The notes under the pieces were generated by a model, which was not told the DNA's origin, made no database searches, and saw nothing but the letters and a program-made list of their open reading frames with translations. From positions 546,279 to 610,278 of the forward strand of contig NW_004797691.1 in the NCBI RefSeq assembly GCF_000002075.1: a stretch of 64,000 nucleotides of DNA, in the 5' to 3' direction. This document shows, piece by piece, positions 1 through 11,900 of the stretch (position 1 is its first letter; every line of letters starts with the position of its first letter). A program made the position numbers and the translations under genes. This DNA is from Aplysia californica. Its lineage: Eukaryota.

Positions 1-92
1 TACATACATACATACATACATACATACATACATACATTACATACATACATACAAACATAACATACATACATACATACATACATACATACATA
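1..92. repeat. (TACA)n microsatellite
   Basis: Directly visible. Confidence 0.95.
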
Positions 93-444
93 AACAGATT
101 TTTTTTAAAATTTAAATACAAAAAATCAAAAACTTCTCAAAAAGGACTACAGTAATTTTTTAAAGACTAAAGTGGAGTGAAGAATACTATTTAAACAGAG
201 AAGTATGATTTTGCTTGAAGCATTTAATTGTCATAATGTAATTTATGACGATATTGCTCTTTGACAGTCCTTTTTTTTTACTAAGGGAAACAACCCTGTG
301 ATTATTGCGTAAAATGTAGAAAGCATCATTTATCTACCTTCTTTCAGCCGTCAAAGCAAAGCATGATGTGTATGGATGATTCTCTACGTCTGTGGTACGT
401 GCATAGATGTGCACTGAGATAACTCTATGGGTACATATAAACGG

Positions 445-688
445 CCCTGAACAGTTTTTAACCCTCTCCGTACGTCGGGTTTTACTATCGTATCCATACG
501 AAGTGGGAAACTCTGTAATTTACTCTTTACCCTTTGCACAGCAGTCTGTCAAAATGATTTTTTGAGAAATACGGAAAGCTTCAAAGAGATCTTCGTACTA
601 GAAGTATTCTAAAAGGTGAAGAATACAACCCCTTTAGTACAAAAGGACCCCAGGGTGTACGGATAGGGTAAAAATTTGTTTCAGTGTA
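445..688. mobile_element. Degenerate MITE
   Basis: Imperfect inverted ends ctgaacagtttttaaccctctccgtac / gtacggatagggtaaaaatttgtttcag. Confidence 0.45.
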
Positions 689-1028
689 TGTGTACAAAAA
701 TGACATTGTTTTGTTTTTAGCCGAGGGTGAGTGGGCTGACAGATGAGCCATGCTGAACTAAGGTCTAAGGTACATATGCTCCCGGTTCAAATCGGGTAGG
801 CCTACTGATACCTTCTACAATTTCCTAAACTTCGGACGTTTAAGGTAGGAGTTTTGAAAACTCTCAACTATCTTATATTAGCCTGTTAGATCTTGATCTA
901 TTGGAGATAGACCTAGATTTTGGTTGTCCTAAATAATTTTGCGATCATTTAACCAGAATTAAAATAGCCATTTAGAGAGATAGATAGATAGATATATAGA
1001 TAGATAGACAGAGAGAGAGAGAGATATA

Positions 1029-1815
1029 NNNNNNNNNNNNNNNNNNNNNNNNNNNNNNNNNNNNNNNNNNNNNNNNNNNNNNNNNNNNNNNNNNNNNNNN
1101 NNNNNNNNNNNNNNNNNNNNNNNNNNNNNNNNNNNNNNNNNNNNNNNNNNNNNNNNNNNNNNNNNNNNNNNNNNNNNNNNNNNNNNNNNNNNNNNNNNNN
1201 NNNNNNNNNNNNNNNNNNNNNNNNNNNNNNNNNNNNNNNNNNNNNNNNNNNNNNNNNNNNNNNNNNNNNNNNNNNNNNNNNNNNNNNNNNNNNNNNNNNN
1301 NNNNNNNNNNNNNNNNNNNNNNNNNNNNNNNNNNNNNNNNNNNNNNNNNNNNNNNNNNNNNNNNNNNNNNNNNNNNNNNNNNNNNNNNNNNNNNNNNNNN
1401 NNNNNNNNNNNNNNNNNNNNNNNNNNNNNNNNNNNNNNNNNNNNNNNNNNNNNNNNNNNNNNNNNNNNNNNNNNNNNNNNNNNNNNNNNNNNNNNNNNNN
1501 NNNNNNNNNNNNNNNNNNNNNNNNNNNNNNNNNNNNNNNNNNNNNNNNNNNNNNNNNNNNNNNNNNNNNNNNNNNNNNNNNNNNNNNNNNNNNNNNNNNN
1601 NNNNNNNNNNNNNNNNNNNNNNNNNNNNNNNNNNNNNNNNNNNNNNNNNNNNNNNNNNNNNNNNNNNNNNNNNNNNNNNNNNNNNNNNNNNNNNNNNNNN
1701 NNNNNNNNNNNNNNNNNNNNNNNNNNNNNNNNNNNNNNNNNNNNNNNNNNNNNNNNNNNNNNNNNNNNNNNNNNNNNNNNNNNNNNNNNNNNNNNNNNNN
1801 NNNNNNNNNNNNNNN
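1029..1815. other. Assembly gap (others at 3563-3662, 9301-9430, 36214-36344)
   Basis: Runs of N, mostly next to simple repeats. Confidence 1.
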
Positions 1816-2379
1816 AAAAAAAAAAAAAGACTAAAGAAAAAAAATCAAATACCGGTAGCGGTACGTTCTTTTCTTTCTTGACATAAGAAATTTGTGTTCT
1901 CCTTGGAAACTCACCAAGTACAAGTAACACACCCCTTCCCATCGAAATAACATAAACAATATTATTGATAATGTATTCAATGATGCCAATTGATCCTCGT
2001 TAGAGCCTTTTTTAAACTGTAGTTAGGCCTCTTGTTGAAAACACTAGAAAGCGATATAATATTCTACATTAATTGTAGTATTATTTTGTTTTCGCCTTCC
2101 AATACTTTCATGGATTTTTCTGTTTCTCTTTGGTCTGCCATTTCATTTTTGTCAGCTTTTGAAACGACAAGAAACATTAAAAGATATAACAAATATATTA
2201 GATAGCAACAATCATTGGCATAAAATTGTGTAGGTATAGAATCTTGTTCTTTTCACAATTACCATAATATTAATTTATTATAAACTTCTAGTTCCACAGC
2301 CTGGATTGATTTTTTAAGGGACACCACTCCATACTCTTTTTTGTTGATTTGTAATCGAGCCTTACCCCCCCTTAATGTG

Positions 2380-2500
2380 ACATAAGATGGCAGCCCCCAT
2401 GGGGATCTCACAGCTGTCCCCGCTCAAAGTAGACGGTCGTGCACCAAGGAATCATTTTTAGATACTCTCAGGACTGTCTGTGTTGTGTGATATGTGAAAG
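2380..2500 (+). promoter_or_regulatory. Putative TSS and non-coding first exon of the GH3 gene, with a YY1-like motif and a 24-codon uORF
   Basis: AAGATGGCAGCC (YY1-type motif, typical of 5' ends) at 2384-2395; strong donor AAG|gtagga at 2501; uORF 2387-2461. Confidence 0.5.
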
Positions 2501-3099
2501 GTAGGAGGTTTGTTGTGACTTTACTCTGAGCTTTAAAATGGATTTTAATTGCTTGTACTGAGTACATTCTGGTCCCTGCCATAGAGCACATAAATTGCAA
2601 GCAGAAGCCTAAAGGTCAAACGGCAGAGAGAAACCTTGGCCTTGGCGACTCTACTTTCTGATTCTCGTGTTTTGACCCTCATTTTATCATTGTCTATTTT
2701 GGAAATTTCAGACAGCAATATTGCTGATGAAAATACAGGTTTGCGTAAGCTGTAGCCCTAAGTATTCAGAATTAATTCGTTAATTTTTCAAATGGAGATC
2801 AGGAGTATGAGAATGATCTTGTGACGTGTAGGCCTAGACTCTAGTACTCTAGTGCACCTGACCTAGCCTACCTGCATGTGTAGGCCCACTTACTAAATTA
2901 AAATTAGAATCTAGATCTAGATCTAGATCTAGATCTATAATGACTTTTCACTTTTTAACTTTAACTTTTGTATGGATTTAAATTGTAACTTAATGTGATA
3001 CTTCTTTTTTTAGAAGTAGTGGTGTAAACAATCAGATTTGTCCTTGCCCATTCACCACAGTTTCAGTTCGAAGACAGTTTGTTTATAATTTTTATTTTT

Positions 3100-4258
3100 C
3101 GCAGTGGCTATGTTCACGGCGCCCTGAACGTAGTTGGCAAGCTACGTTCACAGCGCCCTGAATGCAGTTTGCAGGTGCTGTTGAGGTTACGTTCACAGCA
3201 CTCAAGGAGTCAGTGACGACAGTGAGGTATTTTTATATTTTGGCCTGCTTCAAGCGTTCCATCCCATGAGATGAAGGGAGACGAAGCAGTGATCCTTGAC
3301 TGGCTCAGAGCTCTCCAGTGTAAGGGAAAACAACGAATTCTCAACTACGCAACAACGGATTTATGACTAAAATGTACGCCTACCAAGATGTTTCAATTGC
3401 CCTATCTCGCGTCCGGGCGATACTTGGGCGCAACCTTGTGTTAGCGCGTGACGGCCCGTCATATATGAGAATCAAACGTTCCAGTGCTCTGGAGTTGAAA
3501 GCATGCAAGGTGTGTGTGTGTGTGTGTGAGTGAGAGAGAGAGAGAGAGAAGGGGGGGGGGAANNNNNNNNNNNNNNNNNNNNNNNNNNNNNNNNNNNNNN
3601 NNNNNNNNNNNNNNNNNNNNNNNNNNNNNNNNNNNNNNNNNNNNNNNNNNNNNNNNNNNNNNTGTGAGTGAGAGAGAGAGAGAGAGAAGGGGGGGGGGAA
3701 GAGACAGACAGAGACAGAGAAAAATAGAGAGAGAGAGGTGGTGGGGGGAGAGAAAGAGAAAAGGAAAGAGAAAGAGTAGAGAGAGACAGACAGACAGAAT
3801 GAGAGAGAGAGAGGGGGTGTTTATTACATAAATAAGAATAATTGATTCCCGTCATTTCTCTCTGCGTCTGTTCCCAAGCTGACCCGGTGCAATACAGTCA
3901 TTATTGTACACATTTTATGACCAGTCACATATCCGAATCCCACCATCTGTTACCCATCTCTCACCTCTTGTTTCCTATTTCGTATCCAATTTTCCACATC
4001 CCATAGACCACCCGACTTTAATTCTGTAAGGGCGCTTTGTTTTCCTTCATCTCATGGGATGGAACACTTGAAGCTGGCCAAAATATTAAATATCATGTCA
4101 CTGTTGTCACTGACTAAAACCGGCTGTGGATGCTCCCCCTAAACAAAGCTTTAATAGTGCCGTGAATGTAGCCTCAACAGCGCCTTCAAACTGCATACAG
4201 GGCGCCGTGAACGTAACCTGCCAACTATGTTCACGGTGCCATAAACGTAGCCACTTTG
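3100..4258. mobile_element. Non-autonomous MULE-type element, copy 1
   Basis: Long repetitive TIRs starting CGCAGTGGCTA; 9-bp TSD TTTATTTTT; internal GA microsatellite and an assembly gap. Confidence 0.85.
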
Positions 4259-5817
4259 TTTATTTTTAAAATCTTTGTTATATTAGATTCTACGCTATAG
4301 AGATCTAATAATGTCTTGATATAATATAATATGATTCATGACTTGGCAGAGAGAGTGGTTTGCATCCTCGGAATAATGTGGTCAATTCTTGTAACTTTTA
4401 TTATATCTTAATCAATCTGTGATGTTTGACAGTGGTCCTGTGAGAGACCCCCCTTGCCCCCCTCCCCTTCCAAGCCGAAAGCAAAGGGCAAAGGACTTGA
4501 CCGTATTGTTTTGGAAGAGGCTAGCTGTACTTGATGACGGCTAGACTGCTAGGCTAGCCCTGGCTAGACTGACCAACAGCAAAAAATAGGCCTCCTGAAT
4601 TGTAAATCAATTTTTAGTTTGCAATACTTAAAGTATTTTTGTATTTGAGACTAAACCAAAGGGTGCCTTACTGACAGTGCATGTATTTTTAAAGCTGAAT
4701 ATATACTAATATGAGACCTGTGTACTCAACAGGTTTCTAATAGGGCCTAAAATAAATATGACTAGACTGGCAGGCTAGCCGTACTTAATAATGATGGCTG
4801 AATTGTAAATAAAATTTTAGTTTGCAATACCTAAAGTATTGTATTTCAGACGAAGCCAAAAGGTGCCTTACTGATGCATGTATTTTAAACCTGAATAATT
4901 ACTAGATCTAGATCTTCAGGCCTGTTGTTTTTCTAAATAAGTGGTTTACCTTAAATTCTTTTGAAATTGAGCTGGCTGGGGGTGGGGGGGGGGGTAAAAA
5001 AAAGATTGGTAAATTTTTACCTAAAGACCCCCCAACACAGATTCACTGTTTTGAGGGCTAAACTACCATACCATATATAGGTTAATTTTTTTTTCGCTTA
5101 TGGCCCCTAAAACCTCGCAAATGTCAATTGTTTTCAAGTAAATATCAATCCTAATTGCTGATACGTGCAGGGGCATGGTCCCTCCCCCCCTACCAACCAC
5201 CACGAAACCCCCATGTTGTTAAATAGACAAGTCAATTATTATTACAATTGTAATATTGATTATAGTTCTATAGTTGTAATGAAAATATTTAATACGATCC
5301 ATAATCTCCTAAACTAAAAATTTGCAGATAAAGTCAAAATTCGTCTAAAGCAAATAATAATATAAAATGTTCGAGAAAAGTGCTTAGAATATCTGAGTGT
5401 GAGACAGCTCGATGAGTAAAAAAAATACCAAAAGATCTGAACATTTTAAATGGGAAGTGAACAGTTTAGAAACTGTCAGAAGACTTCAGCATTAGTAGTT
5501 TAAGATTGCTGTCTACTCATAAAATATAAAGGGGGGAAAAAGTCATATATTGAAAAGTATTTTTTAAATTCTTAAACTTTATGATGTAACCCTTCAAAAG
5601 TATTTTTTCGAATTCTAAAACTAGGTGATCTTTCTTTCCATATTGATGTCAGTGATCAGATGGAAAAATTGGTTTTTGCTAATAAATGCATGAAACCTTA
5701 AAAAATGTTTTTACTCTTGTAAAGACTAAAGACAGTCTCTCTGCTATTTCCTCACTAAAATAACATTCTATGTCATATGACTGATAATTTGATTTCTATT
5801 CCTTGTTCTTCCCACAG

Positions 5818-5919
5818 TATGAGGTACGGCTTGAATTGGAACGAGAAAGTCAGTCATGGTTTATTAATATCCTGATCAGAACATTTTCGAGATGGGAATT
5901 ATTAAAAAGTTACTTGGAG
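5818..5919 (+). CDS. GHDC: GH3 gene exon containing the start codon (ATG 5892; MGIIKKLLG-G)
   Basis: Acceptor ttcttcccacag at 5817 and donor G|gttagt at 5920. Phase 1 matches the next exon to give GGC. Confidence 0.75.
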
Positions 5920-8900
5920 GTTAGTATGTCAGTTAATTAAATATATATATGTATGCCTAAATTTATTATGAGGCTGCCAAAATTTACCTCTGACAGTTTT
6001 ACTTTGAATGTGTACCTGTGTATAAGTTTCGGATAGCAGTTATACTCTCTTTTTTTAGAAAGCAAAGACTTTTGTTTTTATGAATCTGTAAGTTATTACT
6101 TGCGCTCTGGGTTTTTTTAGGACCACTTTGACAAACTCAGTGTTGTTGGGCTATCAAATTTTCTAAACGCTCACTGCATACTGAAAGTCTTTGTAAATTC
6201 TCTACGACAGTAACTCTTGATGTGTAAACTTAAGTAAGTTTAAGAATAAATAGCCTTGTCATGAAGAAAGAAGGAATAAATGGTATCCCGTGCTTTGAAC
6301 CATTCTCCATATTCATCCTCAACAGGCCTGTCCTTGGTTGGCGTGTCCGGCCTGGGCTACCTAGCGGTGGATGTGAACCGTTATCGTGTGTACCCTGACC
6401 AAACGTTAGGGGATGCGGCCAGGCACTATACATCTGTGCGTAGCCTCACTTTCCTCGGTGGTATTATGAGGAGCAAGTTGGAGGATGCAACGCTGGATGT
6501 CAAGAAAGCTCAAAGAGAGTTTCTCTTCCAGCAAATCCTGGACAACATTGACACAGAATACAGCAAAGAGTTCAAAGTATGTTTGGCAATGTTAATTGAG
6601 TTTACTTTCTTTTTCCTTTCTTTCTATTTTCTCTTTTTCGGGGGGGGGGGGGGGGGGGGAGCTGGGGTCTCGGGTGAAGCAAAAAAGTGACTGTTTGGTT
6701 TTTCTTCTCATTTTTGAAGAGTTTCTTGCTTGTTTAGCACCATTTCATTTACTTCCTTCTGTTGAGGTTTGGTTACAGAGTTTTGTTTACTGTTGAACAT
6801 AGTATGAAGATTTTCACTTTGGGAGAATGTCGTGGGATCACAGTGAAAATGCAGAGGGAATGTCTCTGGTATTTACTCTATTCCTATGCAAAGTTAGGCT
6901 TATTGGCCGTTGTAAGTGTAGTGTAGCTGTATTATAATATAATATGTGGGGAATAAGCTGGTATATGCTTATTTTATTCGTAAACAGGTACTTTATTGTA
7001 CTTGTGCATGAAACTAGTAAAGAGATCCAATGAAATGTTAGTGAAGATGTTTAAGTGGCTTAGAGTGGCGGGAAAGGGTGACGGAGTGAGTATTATTGGA
7101 GCTGAAATTTGAGAGAAGCTCGTTTGTAACAATTTCAAATTTTGTCTATGGTCTACTTCTGCTTAATAGTTTTAATATTGATAGAAGGAAGGGCTTGAAA
7201 GACTTATCTGTAAACCCATATTTCCTTTTTTCATCTTCTTAGTTAGATCAAGTGAAATCGGTCAAAGACTTTTTGCAAAGACATCCTCTGACGCGCTATG
7301 ATCACTATTCGCGTTACGTGAGTCGCATGCTCAGCGGAGAGAAGAACGTGATGACAGCGAAAGATCCGTCCGTGTTTGCTGTGACCTCGGGTACCTCTGG
7401 CAACAGCAACATCATCCCTATGCTGATGAAGCAGACGAAAATATTTTTCCTCGAGGTAGGCTTGTTTGTCTGTTGATTGTTTTATGCCTCTGTCTACACA
7501 CTTTTTATTATTTATAGCTGGGACACACTTTCCAGGCTGGGATCCTGGCTGCATTAAAACAGAAAGATGAAGGTACTCAATATGACAGATTTCCTCACTT
7601 GGGGATTGAACTCATCTCGCCTGCATTCAATGTGACAGGTGTTCTTTTGACAATAATATGTTTTTGTATTCCTTCTGTGATTAGATGGAATGTGTGTTCT
7701 GTGCTGTGCTTTCATCATTTCTGCATTAGTATGTTTTTATATGTATGAAATATATCTTTTTAAAAGTAAGCCCTTAATTGAACTTACATTAAATTAAATG
7801 ATTAGATGACATACATACAGTACAATTTAAAAGATGAGAGGTTGAATTAACAGCTGAGATACAAGGACTAAAATCTCTTTAAAAAAGGATTAGATTTTTT
7901 GGGCCAGTTCTACATAATGTAATATATTATGTTAGCTTATGTTCACAACCTGTGTTTGTGTGCGTACCTCCCACAGGGTATCTCGGTGCTATACAGATGT
8001 ATGGTGGAGGCGTACCCAGACACCAAGCTGCTGAACAAAGACTTTAAGATCTTCTTCTCTCCCAGCTGGAGATATTCCATCACGGAAATCCCCATAGGCC
8101 CTAACTCCGCTTCCCCGGAAAGGTGATTGTGTTGTCTTTTTGTGTTCTGCTTAGAAAATTCCAAGTTTATTTTGAGCTTTCTTCCAAGGATTTGGACACA
8201 GCATTGGCTCTGCTCTTAAGATACTAGACTACTGAGCAAAAGGGAAGGGAATGGGGGATATGTTTCAGAACTTGACTATCTCTAAGATTTTGTGTACCTG
8301 ACTATGTTGTCCTGTTGAAAGTAAACTTGAGTCAATTAGCTGTCTTAGAATTACAAAGTTTTATCTGACTCTTCTAGCCATATTGAATTACTAAGACCAT
8401 GAGGTCGGAAACCAAATTCTATCTGCTCTATCAAAATTGTAAGAATGTTTGCAGTTGTTACCATGAATGATATTTAAAGAATTGCATTCGAAAAAGCTTA
8501 ACACGTTGTAATACTCAAAATTTTTAACTTCAAATTTTTTCAAATTGGGTACTTAGCAGATAAGAGTTTGATTTCTAGTGTAGGGAATTTTCAAGGAAAG
8601 TGAGACTCTTTGTCAGAGGAAAATTATAAGAGGGTGGTTACAGTCACAAGACGTCTTTGTTCTCGACTCTCTAGTAATTTCTTCCCATACTACGATTCGT
8701 GCTGTACTACATAGTGGATGGCCCTGATTTGAATCTCCAAGGGGGCGTTCTGAAATTGGGTTATTTTGGTGAGGTATAAAGCTTTCTTATAAGGTGGATG
8801 TTAAATTAGGAGGTCCTGCCACTCAGATAACCTTACCCATTTGAAAGGCCTACCATTTCATATTGGGGGGGTTAAAATCCATTTGTACTTATGAAAAATG

Positions 8901-11900
8901 ATAGTTTTAGTTTCTTAATGAACAAAATATGATGTTAGTTGAAAATTCTACGTTTCTCGTTTTCATTTACTGAGCCTAAATTTACTCTGACTGAGTACAC
9001 AGCAAACGGTTTTTTATCTTGACTATTATACTTTGTGCTAAGGGGCCAAGTTTTACCTAGATTAATATGTAGATGACCTTGTGCCATCCATTGAGTGACT
9101 TGACAATTATTGGAAGACCAGGATTGATTTGTAGGTAGGCGCATTCAATGAGAGTTGCAGTAGGTTTATTGATTGGTTTGGTCTTTGTTCCTAAACACAT
9201 CTGTTGCTGCTTATTCATGCAACAGTACAACTGTGACAGAATTTTATTGCACTATGCATTATATTATCACCCAAATCATGCCAAATGAATGTGAATTAGT
9301 NNNNNNNNNNNNNNNNNNNNNNNNNNNNNNNNNNNNNNNNNNNNNNNNNNNNNNNNNNNNNNNNNNNNNNNNNNNNNNNNNNNNNNNNNNNNNNNNNNNN
9401 NNNNNNNNNNNNNNNNNNNNNNNNNNNNNNTCTGTCTGTCTATCTGTCTGCCTGTCCGTCTGTCTGCCTGTCTGTCTGTCTGTCTGTCCGTCCGCCTGTC
9501 TGTCCGTCTGTTTGTGCATCTGTCTGTGTGTCTGCCTGTCTGTCTGTCCATCTGTCTTCCTGTCTGTCTGTGTGGTTCTAGATCCAAATGACCTTCATTG
9601 TATTGTTATGCTCCTCTTCCTTTTAAACAGCTCATCTGTCACCCTCATCAAAAAGGTAAAGCAGGTTTCAGATGAACCTTAGGGGTTTGCTACCCTCTGT
9701 GTCCTGTAGAACTGTATTCCAGCATTTTAGTTTCCAATAGTGTTTTTAGAGTTGCTAGTAAAATGCATGTCTAATGAAACTGAAGTATAGATTGACTAGT
9801 TGAGATATTATATCGTGATGCTAATGTGAGACCAAATTTCCATGTTAGTTAACTTTTTTTTTTAACCCATTATAATATTGATAAATCTATCTACTAAATT
9901 ATAACATGTTATATCTTAGGGCAGACCCTTGCTATATGTTGCACTTGTATCCTTTTGATTTTATGGTAATGAGCATGTGCTGAAAAGTTAAAAGGAAATG
10001 GGAGAAATGATTCTCTGATTTGGATGTACTGCAAACAGGTTGCTTTTATCAGTGGAGTTAGAAGAGCAGAGTGTAGCAGATCGCTCTAGAAGTTAATGGG
10101 CAAAGGGCAAAGAGTTCAGAGGAGGGGGGGGGAATAAAGTTGCTTTTTTGGCGAATAAAGTTGCAGTTTTTGGCAAATTGGTAGCATGATGGTAGATATC
10201 TTGTAATGTCAATCTGATGCTTCTCCAGATCGAAAGGACTTCTCCACATCTACACCACCCCTCCCCCTGCTTACAAAGTGAAATCTGAACCGGAGGCCTT
10301 GTACTTTTACCTCCTGTTTGCTCTGTTGGATCCCCATGTCGGGATGATCGAGGCCAACTTTGCTTCCATTATCTTCAACACTTTCGCTGCCCTCGAGAAC
10401 CACTTTGAGCAGCTCACCCAGGACATCGAAACAGGAAGTCTCAACCCGGACTTGAACATTGACCCGGAAATCCGAGAAGAACTTGAGCAGCTTTTGAAGC
10501 CGAACCCGACAAGAGCGAAGGAAGTACGAGAAGCCATGAGAAGCGGCCGAGAAGGACTGGCTCTTAGGCTGTGGCCGGAGCTGCACATGATCCTCGGAGC
10601 AGACACAGGGACCTTTGAGCTGTACGGGGATAAGCTGCGTAGTGGCTACTGCAAAGGTAGGGACCCAAGCATCAATAATAATTAGGTCTTGTGGCTGGGT
10701 GGGAGTTGACCCCAGCAGGTTCCTGCTCCTCACATTCCCATGACATTCTCTCTCCAGGCTCTGTGTGGATTTGTTTCCTCCTCGTTCTCATTTTCTGATC
10801 AAATTCAGGTGGATACGCTCCTGGTTGACTGTTTAGAAATAATTTGGATTAGATTTGACTACGGCATGCTGAAGGGAAGGTCTCTGATACTGTTCCATCT
10901 CTTAGTTTCTTCTGATAGGCCATTATTTTCTCTATTTTTGTGAATCTGAGTTTTCTTGACTCTTGACCTGTGGGGCCCCCAACATGATTATGTTTTGAAT
11001 TTTACCTTCTAACTGAAATCAGTTTTGAACAAGAAAGACTTCAGCAAGAATGCATAATTCCCTAATGGCTGGAGGCAAGGATTACGTGAACAATCCTTGC
11101 TTGATTTTGTACCGTAGTCATAACTTGAGCTCAACAGGGAACAAATATCGATTTCTGTTAAATTTCAGCTTCAGGTCATTTTATATCCAGTTTAGTTTTT
11201 CCCTTGAGTTTTCAGTTATCAGTTGTTAGCCACAGTGGAGAGGGCTCGGCATGTGATATGCTATTTAAGCCACACAGCTGCTGTTTCCTCAAATCCTTTT
11301 GACAGGCTGTAGAGACCATATTATATGTTAATTTGACACTTTAGGTATTCATTACTGGTTAGTTATGACTGGTGACACCTGAAAGTGGTTTTTTTTTGTT
11401 GTTGACATTTTGCCATATGTGGTATTTTTTAGAAAGAAAGTGGAAAGTGAAAAAAAAAAGGCTGGGTGGGGGTGATGTGATGGTTTTGGCAAAGGAATGA
11501 GTTGATTTCTATGAATCTGTTTGATTCCATTTGTGTGTCTGTCAGTCTGTTTGTTTTTCATTTGATATATCTGTTAAGCTGACAAAGCATCTTTGACTAT
11601 GTTTGTCTTGTTTTGGCTTGTTAATCTTAAAGAGACGCCAACAGAGTAGCTTCCTATCCAAGAGGAGAGGCGATATCACTGGTTCAGTTTTACTCTCTGG
11701 AATCCGAGAACAATCCTTTGAGGCAAATGAATATTCCACTGACCCCTTTGTGGGTGGTTGGTGGGTGCTCTGGTGTGGTTTGTCCTTCTTTCCATCTATT
11801 GTCCTTATCTTCCCTTCTTTTTTATGTTTGTTGCTCTCTTACTTGTAACACCTCTAATCTTCTGGCGCTCATATGACCTTATACAGTTGCGAGCGCCATT

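Noticed and set aside
959-1942. Long ORFs spanning N runs or microsatellites (also 3472-3855, 9173-9682, 36095-36670, 47212-47526, 60112-60486)
   Set aside because: Open only because of gaps or simple repeats
10209-10733. Antisense ORFs over GH3, torsin and LINE coding regions
   Set aside because: Shadow ORFs of real coding sequence with no independent motifs
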